Shown here: positions 1 through 13,251 of the stretch, one piece after another
Layout: each line of letters begins with the position of its first letter
Numbering within the stretch: position 1 is the stretch's first letter
Assembly: GCF_009914755.1 (NCBI RefSeq)
Contig: NC_060939.1
DNA: 64,000 nt
Direction: 5' to 3' (one strand)
DNA from: the human T2T-CHM13v2.0 reference genome, Homo sapiens
Program-made: the position numbers and the translations under genes
Notes under the pieces: model-generated
Seen by the model: the letters and a program-made list of their open reading frames with translations, nothing else
Databases searched by the model: none
Told to the model about the DNA's origin: nothing

Positions 1-451
1 CTGGCTGTAAGGGCAGAAGTGTGTAGAGAGGCGAGGGCCCAGTTAAGCAGCCTCTCTCCATGCCCTGAGCTTGATGATGTGGCCTTGGTTAACCACCTCC
101 AGCTCCAAGAAACTTCACGGTCTTCCTCTGCCCTGGGAGCTTGGCACTGCCCCCTTGGAATTCAATATTTCATCCTCTGGTGCTCTGATTATCTCTTGGG
201 ATTAGGAGGCATTAGAAGAGCCCAGGAGAAGGAGTCAGCTTTTGGATTTCCTTGGAAAGCTCTAAGCAGATTTTATCCCCTCTCCATCTGTTATGTTGGG
301 AGTTCGTGGGAGGGGGAGGGATCACAAGAAAGTGTGAACTCAGACTCTTTAAGCCTAATTTTGACTGCCTAATTTTGACTGTTTGTAGACTTCACCCACC
401 AAAATAGTTGCTGGAGTGGTTCACAGTTTAGACATTGTCATGTTTGAGGCT

Positions 452-650
452 AGTCTGGTGGTGAAGAGCTTAACCTCTGGAATTTGATCAACCTGATTTC
501 AAATCCCTTCTCCTTACTCCCTTACTGGCTGTGTGACTGGAGTGAGTTGCTAAACTCCTCCAAGTTTTAATCTTTGCCTGTCTAAAATGCGGAGGATAAA
601 AGCATCTCTTCATTGGTTTGGAGAGAGGGTTAATGAGGAAATGCACTCAG
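452..650 (+). mobile_element. MIR SINE fragment
   Basis: Degenerate MIR core (ggctgtgtgact...gagttgctaaactcctc...ctgtctaaaatg...gataa). Confidence 0.7.
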
Positions 651-661
651 AGGGCTAAGAG

Positions 662-843
662 GAAACCCTATCTCTACAAAATTAGCCAGGTGTGGTGGTA
701 TGCACCTGTATTTCCACTACTTGGGAGGCTGAAGTGGGAGAATTGCTTGAGCTCAGGAGGTGAGGTTGCAGTGAGCTGAGATTGAGCCACTGAACTCCAG
801 CCTGGGTGACAGAATGAGACTTTGTGTCAGAAAGAAAAAAAAA
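662..843 (+). mobile_element. 5'-truncated Alu (AluJ-like, mostly right arm) with A tail
   Basis: gaaaccctatctctacaaaa ttagccagg...ccagcctgggtgacaga...A-rich tail. Confidence 0.9.
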
Positions 844-1886
844 GACTCTACTTATGGCAGATACTGAAATATTCCTACCCTTTCCAGCAAGTGTTCAGCT
901 GGACTGCTTTGTTCCCCTTTTCTCTATCCTTGTCCCTGTTTCTTGTGTAAAGCAGTAAGATGTAACGATACAATGAAGAGGGGCAGCAGTGACTCAGGCA
1001 GGTAACCAGATGGCTTTACAAGTGGTCATTTTATCGGTCTTGGATCTTTCGGGCCATTCTGTCAGCTAAGAGTTCCCCAACCCAGTGCTAAATGACTTAT
1101 CAAAGAAACCAACCAGGTCCATCTGGAGCCGAGTGCGGTCCTTCTGTCTAGAACATTTGGGAGCCTCTAGTGCCCTGAAGAGCATCAGTGCCTTCCAGGG
1201 ATGGGATGGGATGAATGTAGCGAGGCTGCACCTGCTGCTCTCAGCTTTCTCAGTTTGCAGAGCTGACTTGCTGCTTCCATCCCCTGGACGCCCCACCTCC
1301 TGTTCATTGCTGGAACCCAGGTTGCAGGGTCCTGCCTTGTGTTCAGCATTTGCTCCTCTTCCCTGAGTCATTATCTTTTGGTCATTACCATTTAAACTTT
1401 GCCATCTAGGATGACTAGGTGTCTGTCCTGTTGGAGAGACTTGCACCAGTTAAACTATTGGTCGAAGAGGTACCATGGTGGTCTATTGTCCTGACACCTT
1501 GGGGTTATCTAGTGTGCATCAAGGGGTTTGTCTGACTCAAAGGCTTATTCCACACCTCCTGCTGATGCTGCTCAGCAACAGGTGAATCCTCATATCCTGT
1601 TTTCTAAACCTAAGACCTGCAATAGCCATGATCTAGGGTGGTACATCAACAGAGGACTCATAATTGAGACAGGCACCAAAGAAGAAACAGCTTTGGTAGT
1701 TATACTTGGTCAGACATGGAAAGATGTCAAGGTAACTGCAGCTCAAGGCAACCTGGGGTCACTTTTCCTTAGTTGAACCAAGATCCCCTATACATACTCC
1801 AAGTTCTCCTTTTAATTCTTTTGATTATACCAACTCCTTATGTACATCTTTTTATGTCAATATTTCTATTTGCTAAGACTATACTT

Positions 1887-2189
<303 letters not shown>

Positions 2190-2497
2190 CTACTTATGGC
2201 AGATACTAACATAAACACTGAAAATACAAAAATGCATGTTGCATTCCTACCCTTTCCAGCATTTTCACTTTAGTGGGTTGGACAGGTAAAGATTGGAGTT
2301 GGTATTACCATGCAAACATCTACAGGGGCCCATTAGTAACCCAAGAGTGATGTGGGTCTATTTGAGCAATACTGTCCTCTTTACTCAACTAAAAGGAAAA
2401 CAAAGGCACAAGTGTGATGATGAATGTCAGCTGCCACCTACCTCAGTGTCAGGAAACAAGGGGGATGTTAGCATGCACCTTCTGTGATAGCGGGGGA

Positions 2498-2590
2498 CTC
2501 CTCTCCCTTGTTCACCACTGTAGCAGCAGGACCTGGGACAGTCTGGGCTATTGCAGGTGTTCGATAACTTTGATCCATCAGTGAATGAGA
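2498..2590 (+). mobile_element. L2 3' end fragment
   Basis: cttgttcaccactgta...gtgttcgataac...gtgaatga resembles the L2 3' terminus. Confidence 0.55.
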
Positions 2591-2674
2591 TCTGGGGACC
2601 GTGGTGAGCTGGAGAGTGATGCCCTGTAATGGGAGCAGCTGCAGCTTAGCTCCAGTCAATTCTGCTACGTAGAA

Positions 2675-2835
2675 ATATGGGCCCAAGAGTTCTCACATCT
2701 GATTTTTTTTTCTTCAAGGAAAGCCAGAAATCTTGACTTTTAGGTGAAATCTCTAGGTTTAAAAAATGTCAACCAAATTAAAATGTGCAGGCGATTGTGT
2801 GTTGACCTGATAATGTGTCCACAGGCCAAATGCGG
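2675..2835. mobile_element. MER103-like DNA transposon remnant
   Basis: tcaaggaaagccagaaatcttgacttttaggtgaaatctc motif; an inverted relative lies near 30570-30690. Confidence 0.45.
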
Positions 2836-3819
2836 ATCAGATCTGGGGCCTTCATCAAGTTACAAAGACGACCTGCCAGAAAATGGTTTTTTTGTATTGC
2901 CATTTTCTGTTTAAGTCCCATTTTCCATAGTAGAAAGGCACCAGAGAAGCAACCCAAAAGCATGTTTTCCTGTGACTTCCATGAAAAAGCTTCGGGTTTA
3001 GTGTATTTCAGGTCTAGTGGGAGCTGAATACCAAGTGAAAATATACCAAGGTATTCATGGTACAACCCAGATCAGGTCCAGCTGCATTTTCCTAGCACTC
3101 AGAAAGGAGGGTGTCTACAGTGCTGAGATGGCAGAAAGAAAATCATCAAAATACAAGTTGGCCCTGCTTCCCAGAGCTCTTGAATACTGAACCCCGAGTG
3201 GCTGAGCAGCTCTGAGTAGTGAAACCACGTAGCATGTGAAGTGCAGGTGGTAATGGAAAGTCAGTTGGCGCGGCTCAGGCTGGCTGCCCAGAGGGAACTA
3301 TATTTATACCACCACTCACAGGGCAAGTTCTGCCTGGTCCCAGAAGGAGACATCTAGCTGACTGAGGGCTTCAGAGGGGGTGTCTGAGGTCACTGATCCT
3401 AAGCTGGGTTCACATGGAGAGCATGGCCCTGCTCAGCCATCACCATCTGTAGAAAAGGTGGACTCAGCGTGCACCCAGCCCAGGTGAGAGAGCAGAATCA
3501 GTACAGTGCCAGTATTCTGCATCTGGGAAGACTAATGAAATTGCTGCTTGGGGGAAATCTCCTGGATACCATGCTATGTTCATTTCAGACAGCCTGTGAT
3601 TTAGAATTGTGAAGTCCAGGGTCAATGGAGATCATCAAACTTGTGTCTCTCTCATTCCCTAGAAAAGGGCAGTAAGGAAGGTATAGAAGCTATCTGTGAG
3701 CCACCGCACCTGTCCCAGGCCTTTCCTGCTTCAGCATCCCAAAATCTTCTCAAAATATTTTTTGTTACAATGCTGAGCACAATGCTTGATACATGGTAGA
3801 TATGCAACATTAAAAAAAG

Positions 3820-4005
3820 CAACAATATTTAGTTTCACTGTGTCCAGGAGCCCTGGTCAGCACTTAGCATATCTTGTCTCATTTAATCTGCACAGCAGTC
3901 CTGGGAAGTAGCTATTACTACCCCCATTTTACAGAGGAAGAAACAGAGGCTTACGGAGATTAAACAAGCTTTCACTGTAGTGAGGCTGAATTTCACCCCA
4001 GCCCT
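3820..4005 (-). mobile_element. MIR
   Basis: ctcatttaatc...cccattttacagaggaagaaacagaggct (antisense MIR core). Confidence 0.8.
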
Positions 4006-4359
4006 GTGGTCCTAGAAAATAGCAAAGATTAAAGAACTCCTCTTTCCCTTTTTGTGTCTGATCTACTGTCAGATCAGAATACCTCCATCTGTGCCTCTTT
4101 TCCATCCTACTTCCCCACACCAGCTTCTTCCTAACCTTGTTGACTCCTCCTTAAAAGGAAAAGCCCCTTTCTTCCTAACCCTTGAGGCATTTGCGGATCT
4201 CATGGTTGGAGCATTCCCCTCCACCCCTTTTTTTTCAGCAGTCCTTGTACCCCCTATTGCAAGTCTCATACCCTTCTCTTGAAATGATCCTTTCAAATAA
4301 AGTCTGCCCTTGTCCAAGTCCGGAGCTGTTTATTTTTATTTTTATTTTTTTTTGAGATT

Positions 4360-4555
4360 AGCTAATTGAGCACTTCCTTAGGGCTAGGACCTGTACTAAA
4401 TACTTAGTAGATGGTATCTCATTTAATTATTAAAATGAAACTGTATGCTAGTGTGTTTACTGTTACTGCATTTTAGAAATGAAGAATAAAGTCCAAGGTG
4501 ACCCACTAGGGATTTTAGAACCAAAGTCTGTCTGTCTTTTCTATTGTACTCCATC
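4360..4555 (-). mobile_element. MIR
   Basis: attgagcactt...tatctcatttaat...cattttagaaatgaagaa. Confidence 0.6.
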
Positions 4556-5157
4556 ATGCCTGATGATGATCCACAATGTCTTGGGCCCTCAGAGGGAAGC
4601 TGGCCTGATAAAGAAGAGGGTGTGGTGACTTGGGGCAGAGGGAGGTAAGTGTTGTCCAAAGGCAAGTGATCACTGAAATAACTTAGATCTCTAGGTGAGA
4701 TTGCCTGTCATTGAATTAACACATAGGTGGCTCTTTGATCCAGCACATCCTTGGGTTTGGGCTCAGCAGGTCTCATGAAGAAGTAAGCCCATATGGCTGA
4801 TACGATTTGCCCTTGGGTTCTGCTACCTCTGAGTGCATGTCTTCATTTCTTCCAGCACCTGTGTGATGTGCAGAACCACCTTACCCATTCAATGTATGTG
4901 TGAGGAGAAGTGGGAAGTTTCTGCCGCTTGCTCCAGTCCAATCTACAAGCTCTTAGAGGGGAAGAAGAGAGATGGCCTGAGACCAGCAAGCTGTTTATGG
5001 CCCATCTATCTGCTCTGCCAATGCTTCTGTCACACCAGCCAGGCCCTTTTCCAAGTAGAACTACAAGCCACAGTTGAACCCTTCTGGCCTCTTGTGGTCA
5101 AATTCAGCCATAAACTTAATCTACCCAATAGTGCTGAATCTCCAGGGGTCTTGAAGG

Positions 5158-5400
5158 CAGGTAGCCTGGTAGACAGCCTGGGCTTTGGGATTGAAGAGCC
5201 CTGGGTTTGAATCTTAGCTCCATCACAACCATGTTGGGAAGAAGAGCTTGGACAATGTGTTTGACCTTTTTGAGCCCTGTTTTCTTCATCTCTGAAGTGT
5301 GAACAGTACCACTGACATGAGGGTTGGCAGATGAGACACTGACAGCAAAAAGCCTGGATTACTATGCCAGGCACATAGTAGAGCTTCCATTGGTATTGCT
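5158..5400 (+). mobile_element. MIR
   Basis: gggctttggg...cctgggtttgaatc...gttttcttcatctctgaa...gccaggcacatagtag. Confidence 0.75.
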
Positions 5401-5929
5401 TGCTTCTCTGGCTTGGCCACTCTGAGAAGTTGGTGTCTTTATTTGGTGCCTCTTTCTTCCTTGTAAAACTTTCCTCTCAGTTTCAGGGTCCTTTCTCCAC
5501 AATCTCCCCGGTGACTAAAGCTCTCACAATGTTTTAAAGTTCTTATTGTGTAGGCAACTGATGATTTAAACTAATTTAAAATAAGTTTACACAGATTTAA
5601 TAAATTACCCCTCCAAATGGTAATTGCATTTTTAAAAGAAATTACCTGCAGATGACATTTTCAAAAAGATTCATCTGCAGAAAGCAGATGAAATGGCATT
5701 ACAGTCCTGGGGGATGCCCTCAGCTTTCAATATGAGGTTCTCCTTGCTTCTGAGATGAAGATCTTCCTATAGTGGTCCACTCCCCATGTAGAGGTTCCAT
5801 TCCAATAGCTCATTGAAACCTCCCATCAAGCGGAAATGTCTGCAGCCTAGACAAGAGTTTACTTCCTGTCATTCCCACTCATCCAATCCTCAACAGCTGC
5901 CTAAGCTCAAAACCTCAGTCATCTTTTAA

Positions 5930-6310
<381 letters not shown>

Positions 6311-6439
6311 TCCTCTCTGCATTTCTATTGCCACGTCCTTGGACTGGTTCCTTTTCCTTCTCACACTGCCATCACTGGAATGAGTCCTAAATGCTCACCT
6401 GTTCATGTCAGATGCTGGGTTTCTGAACCACACATGCTT

Positions 6440-6590
6440 TGGAGCTCAGCCACTGGGGCACCTTGGCTCATTACTGAACCTCTTAGAACCTTAGTTTCTT
6501 TTTCTGTACATTGGGATAATAACAGCATCCACATAGTAAGGTTGTTGAATGATTCAGATGAGATTCCGTAAAGACTGAGAAACTGTTCCA
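6440..6590 (+). mobile_element. MIR
   Basis: accttagtttctttttctgtacattgggataataacagc...ggttgttg. Confidence 0.65.
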
Positions 6591-6659
6591 GTGTCATGAA
6601 GGATTCTAAAGAGGCATGGGAGCTAAACACAATGCCTGATTCTGAACTGGACCATTTTA

Positions 6660-6930
6660 CTCTAAAGGATATTGTTGGGACACTGATGAAACTTGAATTT
6701 GGGGAGAAGACCAAGTGGTGCTAATGATCAGTGTTAAGCTCCTGATTTTGATAATTTTATTACATTGATGTGGGAGAATGTCCTTTTGTATAGAAAATTC
6801 AACACAAGAGAATTTGGAGGTGACGGGGACTCCAATTTGCAACTTGTTCTCAAGTGGTTCAAGAAAAAAACTCTACTTGCAACTTTTTTATAAGTTTGTG
6901 ATATTTCCAAATAGTATTTAAAAATTTAAG
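6660..6930 (+). mobile_element. Old L1 3' end (L1MC/L1MD-type)
   Basis: tgcaacttgttctcaagtggttcaagaaaaaa...cttgcaacttttttataagtttg...tttccaaat. Confidence 0.65.
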
Positions 6931-7384
6931 GAGAAGAAAAATCAAGGTCCTATAGGTAAGGCACCTGGCCTAGAGTTGGGATTCAGGACGCAGGTACCTT
7001 TTCCTTTCATCTTCCCTTGTCTGTTCTGCACATGGTAGCTCAAGATTTTCCTCATGCCCTGCTTTTGTCATGTCCTTACCATGCTTAGAGTCCCTTCATG
7101 AGTTCCCACAAACAAAGCCTAAACTCTCTAGGCTGATTTGAAGGTCCTCCATAATCATTCCTCAGTCTATGGAACTCCATGTTTTGGACAGTCTTATTCA
7201 TGTCCACCTTGAGACTTTTGCTCCTTTGGGTTTGTGCCTAGAATGGGCCCTAATGCCCCTGGCACTTGAACTGACAGGTGGACATTTAACTATTTCATCT
7301 GGTCTATGGTATTTCATTCTTCACATTAGGTGTTTTGCTTTCCCTGACCTGATTTATAAGATTACTGAGCTCAGAGCCCATAGC

Positions 7385-7495
7385 CACTAGGATGTAAGCT
7401 CCACAAGGGCTCGGAATTTGGCTTGTCTTGTTCACTGCTGAACCCTGGAGCCTAGAGCCCTGGCACTTAGCAGATGCTCAATGGGTATTTGTTTA
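7385..7495 (+). mobile_element. L2 3' end
   Basis: tgtaagctccacaaggg...tcttgttcactgctg...cctggcacttagcagatgctcaat. Confidence 0.75.
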
Positions 7496-8234
7496 TACAT
7501 TTTGCATCAATGTCATAGACTTCATTGCATATCCTACAATGTGGAGAAATGTGCTCTGCAGATGGGTGCTTGGAAATACATGTTGAACAAATTTATGGAT
7601 GAATTGACCAGTGTGAGGCTCAGTTATCATGGATAGCCTAGTGTCTCTGCTGTAGGAGGGCAAGATGCATAAGTGATCAGTAACCACACTTGTTTGGTGG
7701 CACTAGGATATTGACTACACAGTTCCTATTGGAGGGTCAGTAGAATTCAGGGCTGAGGATGACAGTCCTCATTGCATTATTTATGGGCCTCTCACATACC
7801 CTCCCTGGCAGGATTTCTTAGGAGTTGTTTGCACATGATCAATTTCCTTTCCTGGAATGAGGCGTCATTCTGACCTTAGCAGTGGCCTGCCTGATGAGAT
7901 ATTTATTCAATAGGACTATGGGAGGTGAAAGGATGACAGGCCAGCCTTACAGCTCTATCAGTGCTCCCCCAGGGCCAAGGTCAAGATAAAAGACCTTTAA
8001 TACCAGAATCTGACAGGTTGTCAGAAACCCATCTCTGTGGAAAATGGCAGACAGATTAAATGCAAGTGGATTTAAATCCCCTTTAGGGACAGAAATTTGT
8101 ATTTTTGAGCGCCTGGTGTATCAAGCGCAATGATAGACCCTTTACATAGATTCTCACAAAAACATTATAAGCCAACAATAGGCTGTGGGTCATGGCTTTC
8201 CCCACCTCCTCACCTCCCAGTATCTCCTCTTCTC

Positions 8235-8670
8235 ACTCTGATCAGGTTTTGTCCCTGTCACTCCTGTGAACCATTTTTTAAAAAATCAAGGTCACAAATG
8301 CTATAACTTACCAAAGCTAATTCTCTTTCCCCATGTGACTCAGTTTCTCAGCTTTGGGCTGAGCTGACGACTCATCCCTTGAAATCCTTTCTTTCCTGTG
8401 CTTCCATGACAGTCACATGGTTCTCTCCTTGCCTCAGTGAACACTCCCTTTCTGTCTAAATTCTAAATGATGAAACACCCCTTGGCCCTCTTTTCTTTTC
8501 TAGTTACATTCTCTCCCCAGGAGGCCTTATCCAGTCCCATCTATTTACTGATGACCCCCAAGTTTATTTTGTCTACCCAGGGTTCTCCCTTGAGCTCTAG
8601 ACTTATGTCATTTCTACTTGAATGTTGAATTCATGTCTAAGACTCACAGTCAAAACGAAAGTATTGATTT
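8235..8670 (+). mobile_element. L2 internal fragment
   Basis: Pyrimidine-rich L2 ORF2-like signatures (tgatgacccccaag, ctcccttgagctctagact). Confidence 0.55.
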
Positions 8671-8839
8671 CTACTTCGGTATCTCATACTCCTCCAATAG
8701 AAAATTGAAAAGAGTGTGACCAGATTTTACTCACTTCTCCTGCCCATAATTTTCCCTTTTCTTTACTTAGTTCAGTAACAAGCACCATAGACTTGTGGAA
8801 TCCTTGTTGTGGAAGTAGTTTGGGGATTTGCTATTCAAA

Positions 8840-8955
8840 TATCTTCATTTTACAGATGAGGAAACCAAGACCTAGAAAGGGGAAATGATGAGGTCAATTA
8901 ACAATGTAAAGATAATTAACTGCAGAGCTGAAACTAGAAGCAAGCTTTCCTAACT
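8840..8955 (-). mobile_element. MIR
   Basis: cattttacagatgaggaaaccaagac. Confidence 0.7.
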
Positions 8956-9159
8956 TGTAGTTTGCATTTTACTAAGACCTTATTTTTCACTTTCTCCTTC
9001 AAGCATATGAACTTGAGGAAAATAATGTCTTTGGCTGCTTACTTTATTAGCTGGTTTTCCAGCCTCACTGTCTTCTTCCCAGCCCTAACAATTTCCAAGC
9101 CTGACCTTATTTTGTGGAATCCCACAATCCCTATCAGAGATGGTAAATACCTGACTCAT

Positions 9160-9325
9160 ATGCTGCTACTCCCTCAACAGTGTCCATGGCAGACATCACT
9201 AGTCGATCATGATCCTTTATACTGCTGAGCCCTGATGTAACCCCAGAAGGCTTCACAATATAATGTTCCAGGAAGCCACTATCAACTGATCAGAATTGAC
9301 TTTAAGATGAAAACTGTGTTCATCT
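9160..9325 (-). mobile_element. MER102-like hAT DNA transposon
   Basis: ccatggcagacatcactagtcgatca...ccaggaagccactatcaactgatcagaattg matches the reverse MER102 consensus as I recall it. Confidence 0.6.
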
Positions 9326-9544
9326 ATACAACCTCAAACTTTATCCTCTCTGGTCTCATTTTTTACTCTGAATCTGTTTTTGGAGGCTAGGTAATTTGAT
9401 TTAGGGTATTAAAGAGTGCTAGTGAGACATTACATTTTACCATCAACATTTAGAAACAATGCTGATCTCCAAACATAACATTTTAATGGTGAAAATGTGA
9501 AGGACTGAGGCAGGTGATCTGTCTTTCTTGTTATACTAAGCAGA

Positions 9545-9655
9545 CAAATGGCTTCTGAGTTCAAGTTCAACTCAGTAATTTACCAGATGTGTGACTTTGG
9601 ACTAGTCTCTTAATCTCTCTGAGCCTCATTTTCTTTAATAAGTGTGAATAACACT
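9545..9655 (+). mobile_element. MIR
   Basis: tgtgtgactttggactagtctcttaatctctctgagcctcattttct. Confidence 0.75.
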
Positions 9656-10413
9656 TTACATAAACTATTATGGTTCCTTTATGTAAATAAATCTTAGACC
9701 CCAGAGTGATTCACCCTGGGAAAGCCATCAGCTTTCCAAAGTCCTTTTTTTAATGGTTCTTGCAAAATACCTCACATTTTAGTCATAGTACAAAAGCGTT
9801 CAATCAACATAGCAGTAAAGAAAAAAACACATTGCTTGTAGCTTATCCTTTGAAACTAGAATAGACAAGTGAAAAGTCAGTACAAATTATTTTTACTTAA
9901 ATAAAAAGTACACCTTGAAATTGAATGACTGTTTTTTCTTTTTTTCTAGAGATGCGATATGCATATTTTCTGGTAAGTAATAGTCTATCACACATAAAGC
10001 AGACAGATGACCAGTAAAGCTGTTTACAACTTCCTCCTCATGCAGAGCTCAACCAGTGGAACACCATCTCAGCAGGAGAGAATTTTGACAGGAAGAGGAA
10101 GTTAGAATTCTTACCTACCCTACAGAAAACTTAAACTGGTTTATACTGAAAGGATTTTCAGCAAATGTGCATAGACACATTTAATGTGCTCTAAGAACAG
10201 GATACTGATTTAGTTGATTTCCAGCACACAGCATGAATTCATTGGTGCCTAGTAAAATAGGAATTAACATAGAAGGCATTTTTGCCTTCATAGCACTAAC
10301 AACTATGAAAAGCACACAGCGCATGTTTTGATCTTTAAGTGGGTGATCATGGAAATTGCAAGATCATATTCACTAGGTTAGCCTGATTCTTCATCTATAA
10401 AAATATTTTCTAG

Positions 10414-10692
10414 GGCCAGACACGGTGGCTCACGCCTGTAATCCCAGCACTTTGGGAGGTCAAGGCAGGTGGATCAAGAGATCGAGACCATCCTGGCCAA
10501 CATGGTGAAATCCCGTCTTTACTTTAAAAAAAAACAAACAAAAATTAGCTGGGCGTGGTGGCACCTACCTGTAATCCCAGCTACTCAGGAGGCTGAGGCA
10601 GGAGAATCACTTGAACCTAGGAGGTGGAGGTTGCAGTGAGCTGAGATCGTGCCACTTCACTCCAGCTTCGCAGCAGAGCGAGACTCTGTCTC
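10414..10692 (+). mobile_element. AluSc-like, inserted in the pseudogene 3'UTR, almost no A tail
   Basis: caagagatcgagaccatcctggccaacatggtg; TSD aaaatatttt(c/t)tag at 10400-10413 and 10693-10706. Confidence 0.92.
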
Positions 10693-11011
10693 AAAATATT
10701 TTTTAGAAATATAATGCTTAAAAAAGACTTCTGGAAACAGTGGGACTACATCAGGACCAGCAGAAGACAATGGTATACAGGACTGTAAATGTAAGACTAG
10801 GAGTTGATTTTTCACATGTAGTTTTTAGGTAAAGGGTCGCTCTCTTTGTAGATTCCTACAGCCAAGACAAACTGGGATCACAGGAGATCCAGAAATCTCA
10901 AGATAGTCAGCTGGCTTGGTAACACCCTAGATAAATACTCCTACAAATAGTAAAAAAAAACTCCACTGAAGCTGACGGACTGAAACTCTGACCCATGTGA
11001 AAAAGAGCTGT

Positions 11012-11344
<333 letters not shown>

Positions 11345-12129
11345 TCAAAGGATTTGTGATGGTGGATTATTCCACATTGTTGACATGCCAATATGCATGC
11401 TGGGGAAAGGGGCCCCCAAAGGATTCTGACCCAGAAGCACCTGAGGGAAGTGCTACTTGGAAGGAGTACTAGGATTACTGAGCACTTGGGGAAGTGTACT
11501 AGGGTTACCGAACACAAGAAGGTATTTCGGGAGAAACTGTTCTGGGGGAGTAGGTTATTTTGGTTTTGATACATTAATACTTAATGAAGAGCTGCAGAAC
11601 AGCGGCAGTCTTTCCAAGATGTATTCCTCAGTCATCAGTAGCTGAAACTTCTCTGAGCCTATCCAGCTGGTGACATTAGAATGCTCCCATTCATTGCCTG
11701 GAGGTGGGATCTGGTGCCGCAGATTTTTTGGGAGGCTGGCATACAGGATGATTTGTACAATGAAGTTAGCACTATACCACTGCTTAAATCCAGTCCCTGG
11801 CCTTCTTTTTCTGCATTGTAGTCCAGAAATATTTCTCTAAAAGTCAGACAGTCTGTAAATGTGAGCAGCCTATGGAACGTGTGACCCACCCCTTCATCTT
11901 TATGGTGCGTCGTAACCTTGCTGTGAGGGCCGCCATGTTGAATCCAGAAATCCACTCCAGGATGGTTGAGGTTGGGGTGTCAAGCGTTTAGTCTTGCACC
12001 TGCCACACCCTGATTGTCTTACAATCTTGGGCAAGTGATTCAGCCTTTCTGAGACTCCATGAGGACCTCACAATGTCCTTAAAATGTTTCAATTCAGAGT
12101 GCCTGGCATGTAGTAGATGCATAATAATC

Positions 12130-12232
12130 AATTCAATTCATTCAACTAATACTGAGCATCTACAATGTGCCAGGAGTGGTATTGGTGATAAGGCAGTAAA
12201 CAAGGCAGATAAAGGTCCTGTCCTTATGGAAC
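12130..12232 (-). mobile_element. L2 3' end
   Basis: attcattcaactaatactgagcatctacaatgtgccagg. Confidence 0.7.
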
Positions 12233-13251
12233 AAAGGAGGCAGCTTATGTTTGTATTAAAGATTTGGTGACTATTCCTCTCAGGTGGAATCACTCATCCC
12301 AAGGGCTTTGCTTTACTCAGGGCTCCAAGCTCTCCCAGCATCTTTTGCCTCTGGGTAGGTATCACATCCAGGAGAGAATGAATATGATGTCTTCTACTCC
12401 TTTGCACCATGTTCTTGGAGAAGGATGGTGGAATTTGGCCAGATAGCCTAGCTTTGGACTGGAGCTGGGCTACAGAGGTGCTCTTCTGGTCTAATGAGAA
12501 GCCTGTGCCTAAGAGATCATGTTATGTCTGAGCTCAATGTTCACTACTTCCAGGCTCCCTCTGAGGCATGTGGCACTGGGATTTTTGCTAGCTAGAAAGC
12601 CACCCAAGCAAAGAACAGATCTTCCCGGGAATGGCTGTAATTTTTTTGGTGGGGAGTTTAAGTCCGTGACCACTGTACAAGGTTCTGTGGAATGAGTATC
12701 ATGTCAATGCTATTTAATAATATGGTAACCACTGACCATTTAATTACATGGTAATTGTCACTTAGTGGCTGAGTAATTGCATAGTAAGTACCATCTAATT
12801 TCAGGGTAAAGGGTAAATACATGATTATGTCAGCCTCCTTAGGCACAGTATAGGTCACCCAGGAATTAGGTTTGGATTGACTAAGTATAAATTACCTAGA
12901 AATCTGTTTTCGGGTGATTACTCCTGTCATCCTTCCTCGACAAAGCCCCTAATGGTTACCATAAAATTAAAAAGAGATTTCAAGAATTTGGGCCTCAGGA
13001 ACTTAAAGGGACAGTGTTTCATGTTAGAGTCAATCATTGCTTGCTATGCAAGAGATGGTGCTTGGTTAGGGAGGAGATAGAGAAGAGCTTACAAATTTCT
13101 CCCTTTTCTGTCTGGCAGCAGAGTTTTCTTCTGCTGTGGTGATGTGGAGAGTTCAACACATGATCCTGAAACTGACATCATAAGGTGTAAATACAGCATC
13201 CATCCCATTGTCTCTTGTTATAAGCCCTGGGCTAGCAAGAGGGATGGTTTC

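Noticed and set aside
1066-1446. Overlapping 126-aa and 93-aa ORFs in unique sequence with two AP-1 motifs nearby
   Set aside because: Non-ATG starts, no recognisable homology, no exon structure; 7-mer motifs are expected by chance
11915-11937. ATG-MAALTA resembling the COMMD9 N-terminus
   Set aside because: The match stops after six residues; the context is the internal FNMAA of ARL2BP
11659-11955. 98-aa ORF as a functional ARL2BP retrogene
   Set aside because: It starts at GTG, lacks the N-terminal half, and is frameshifted relative to the parent at both ends, so it is a pseudogene
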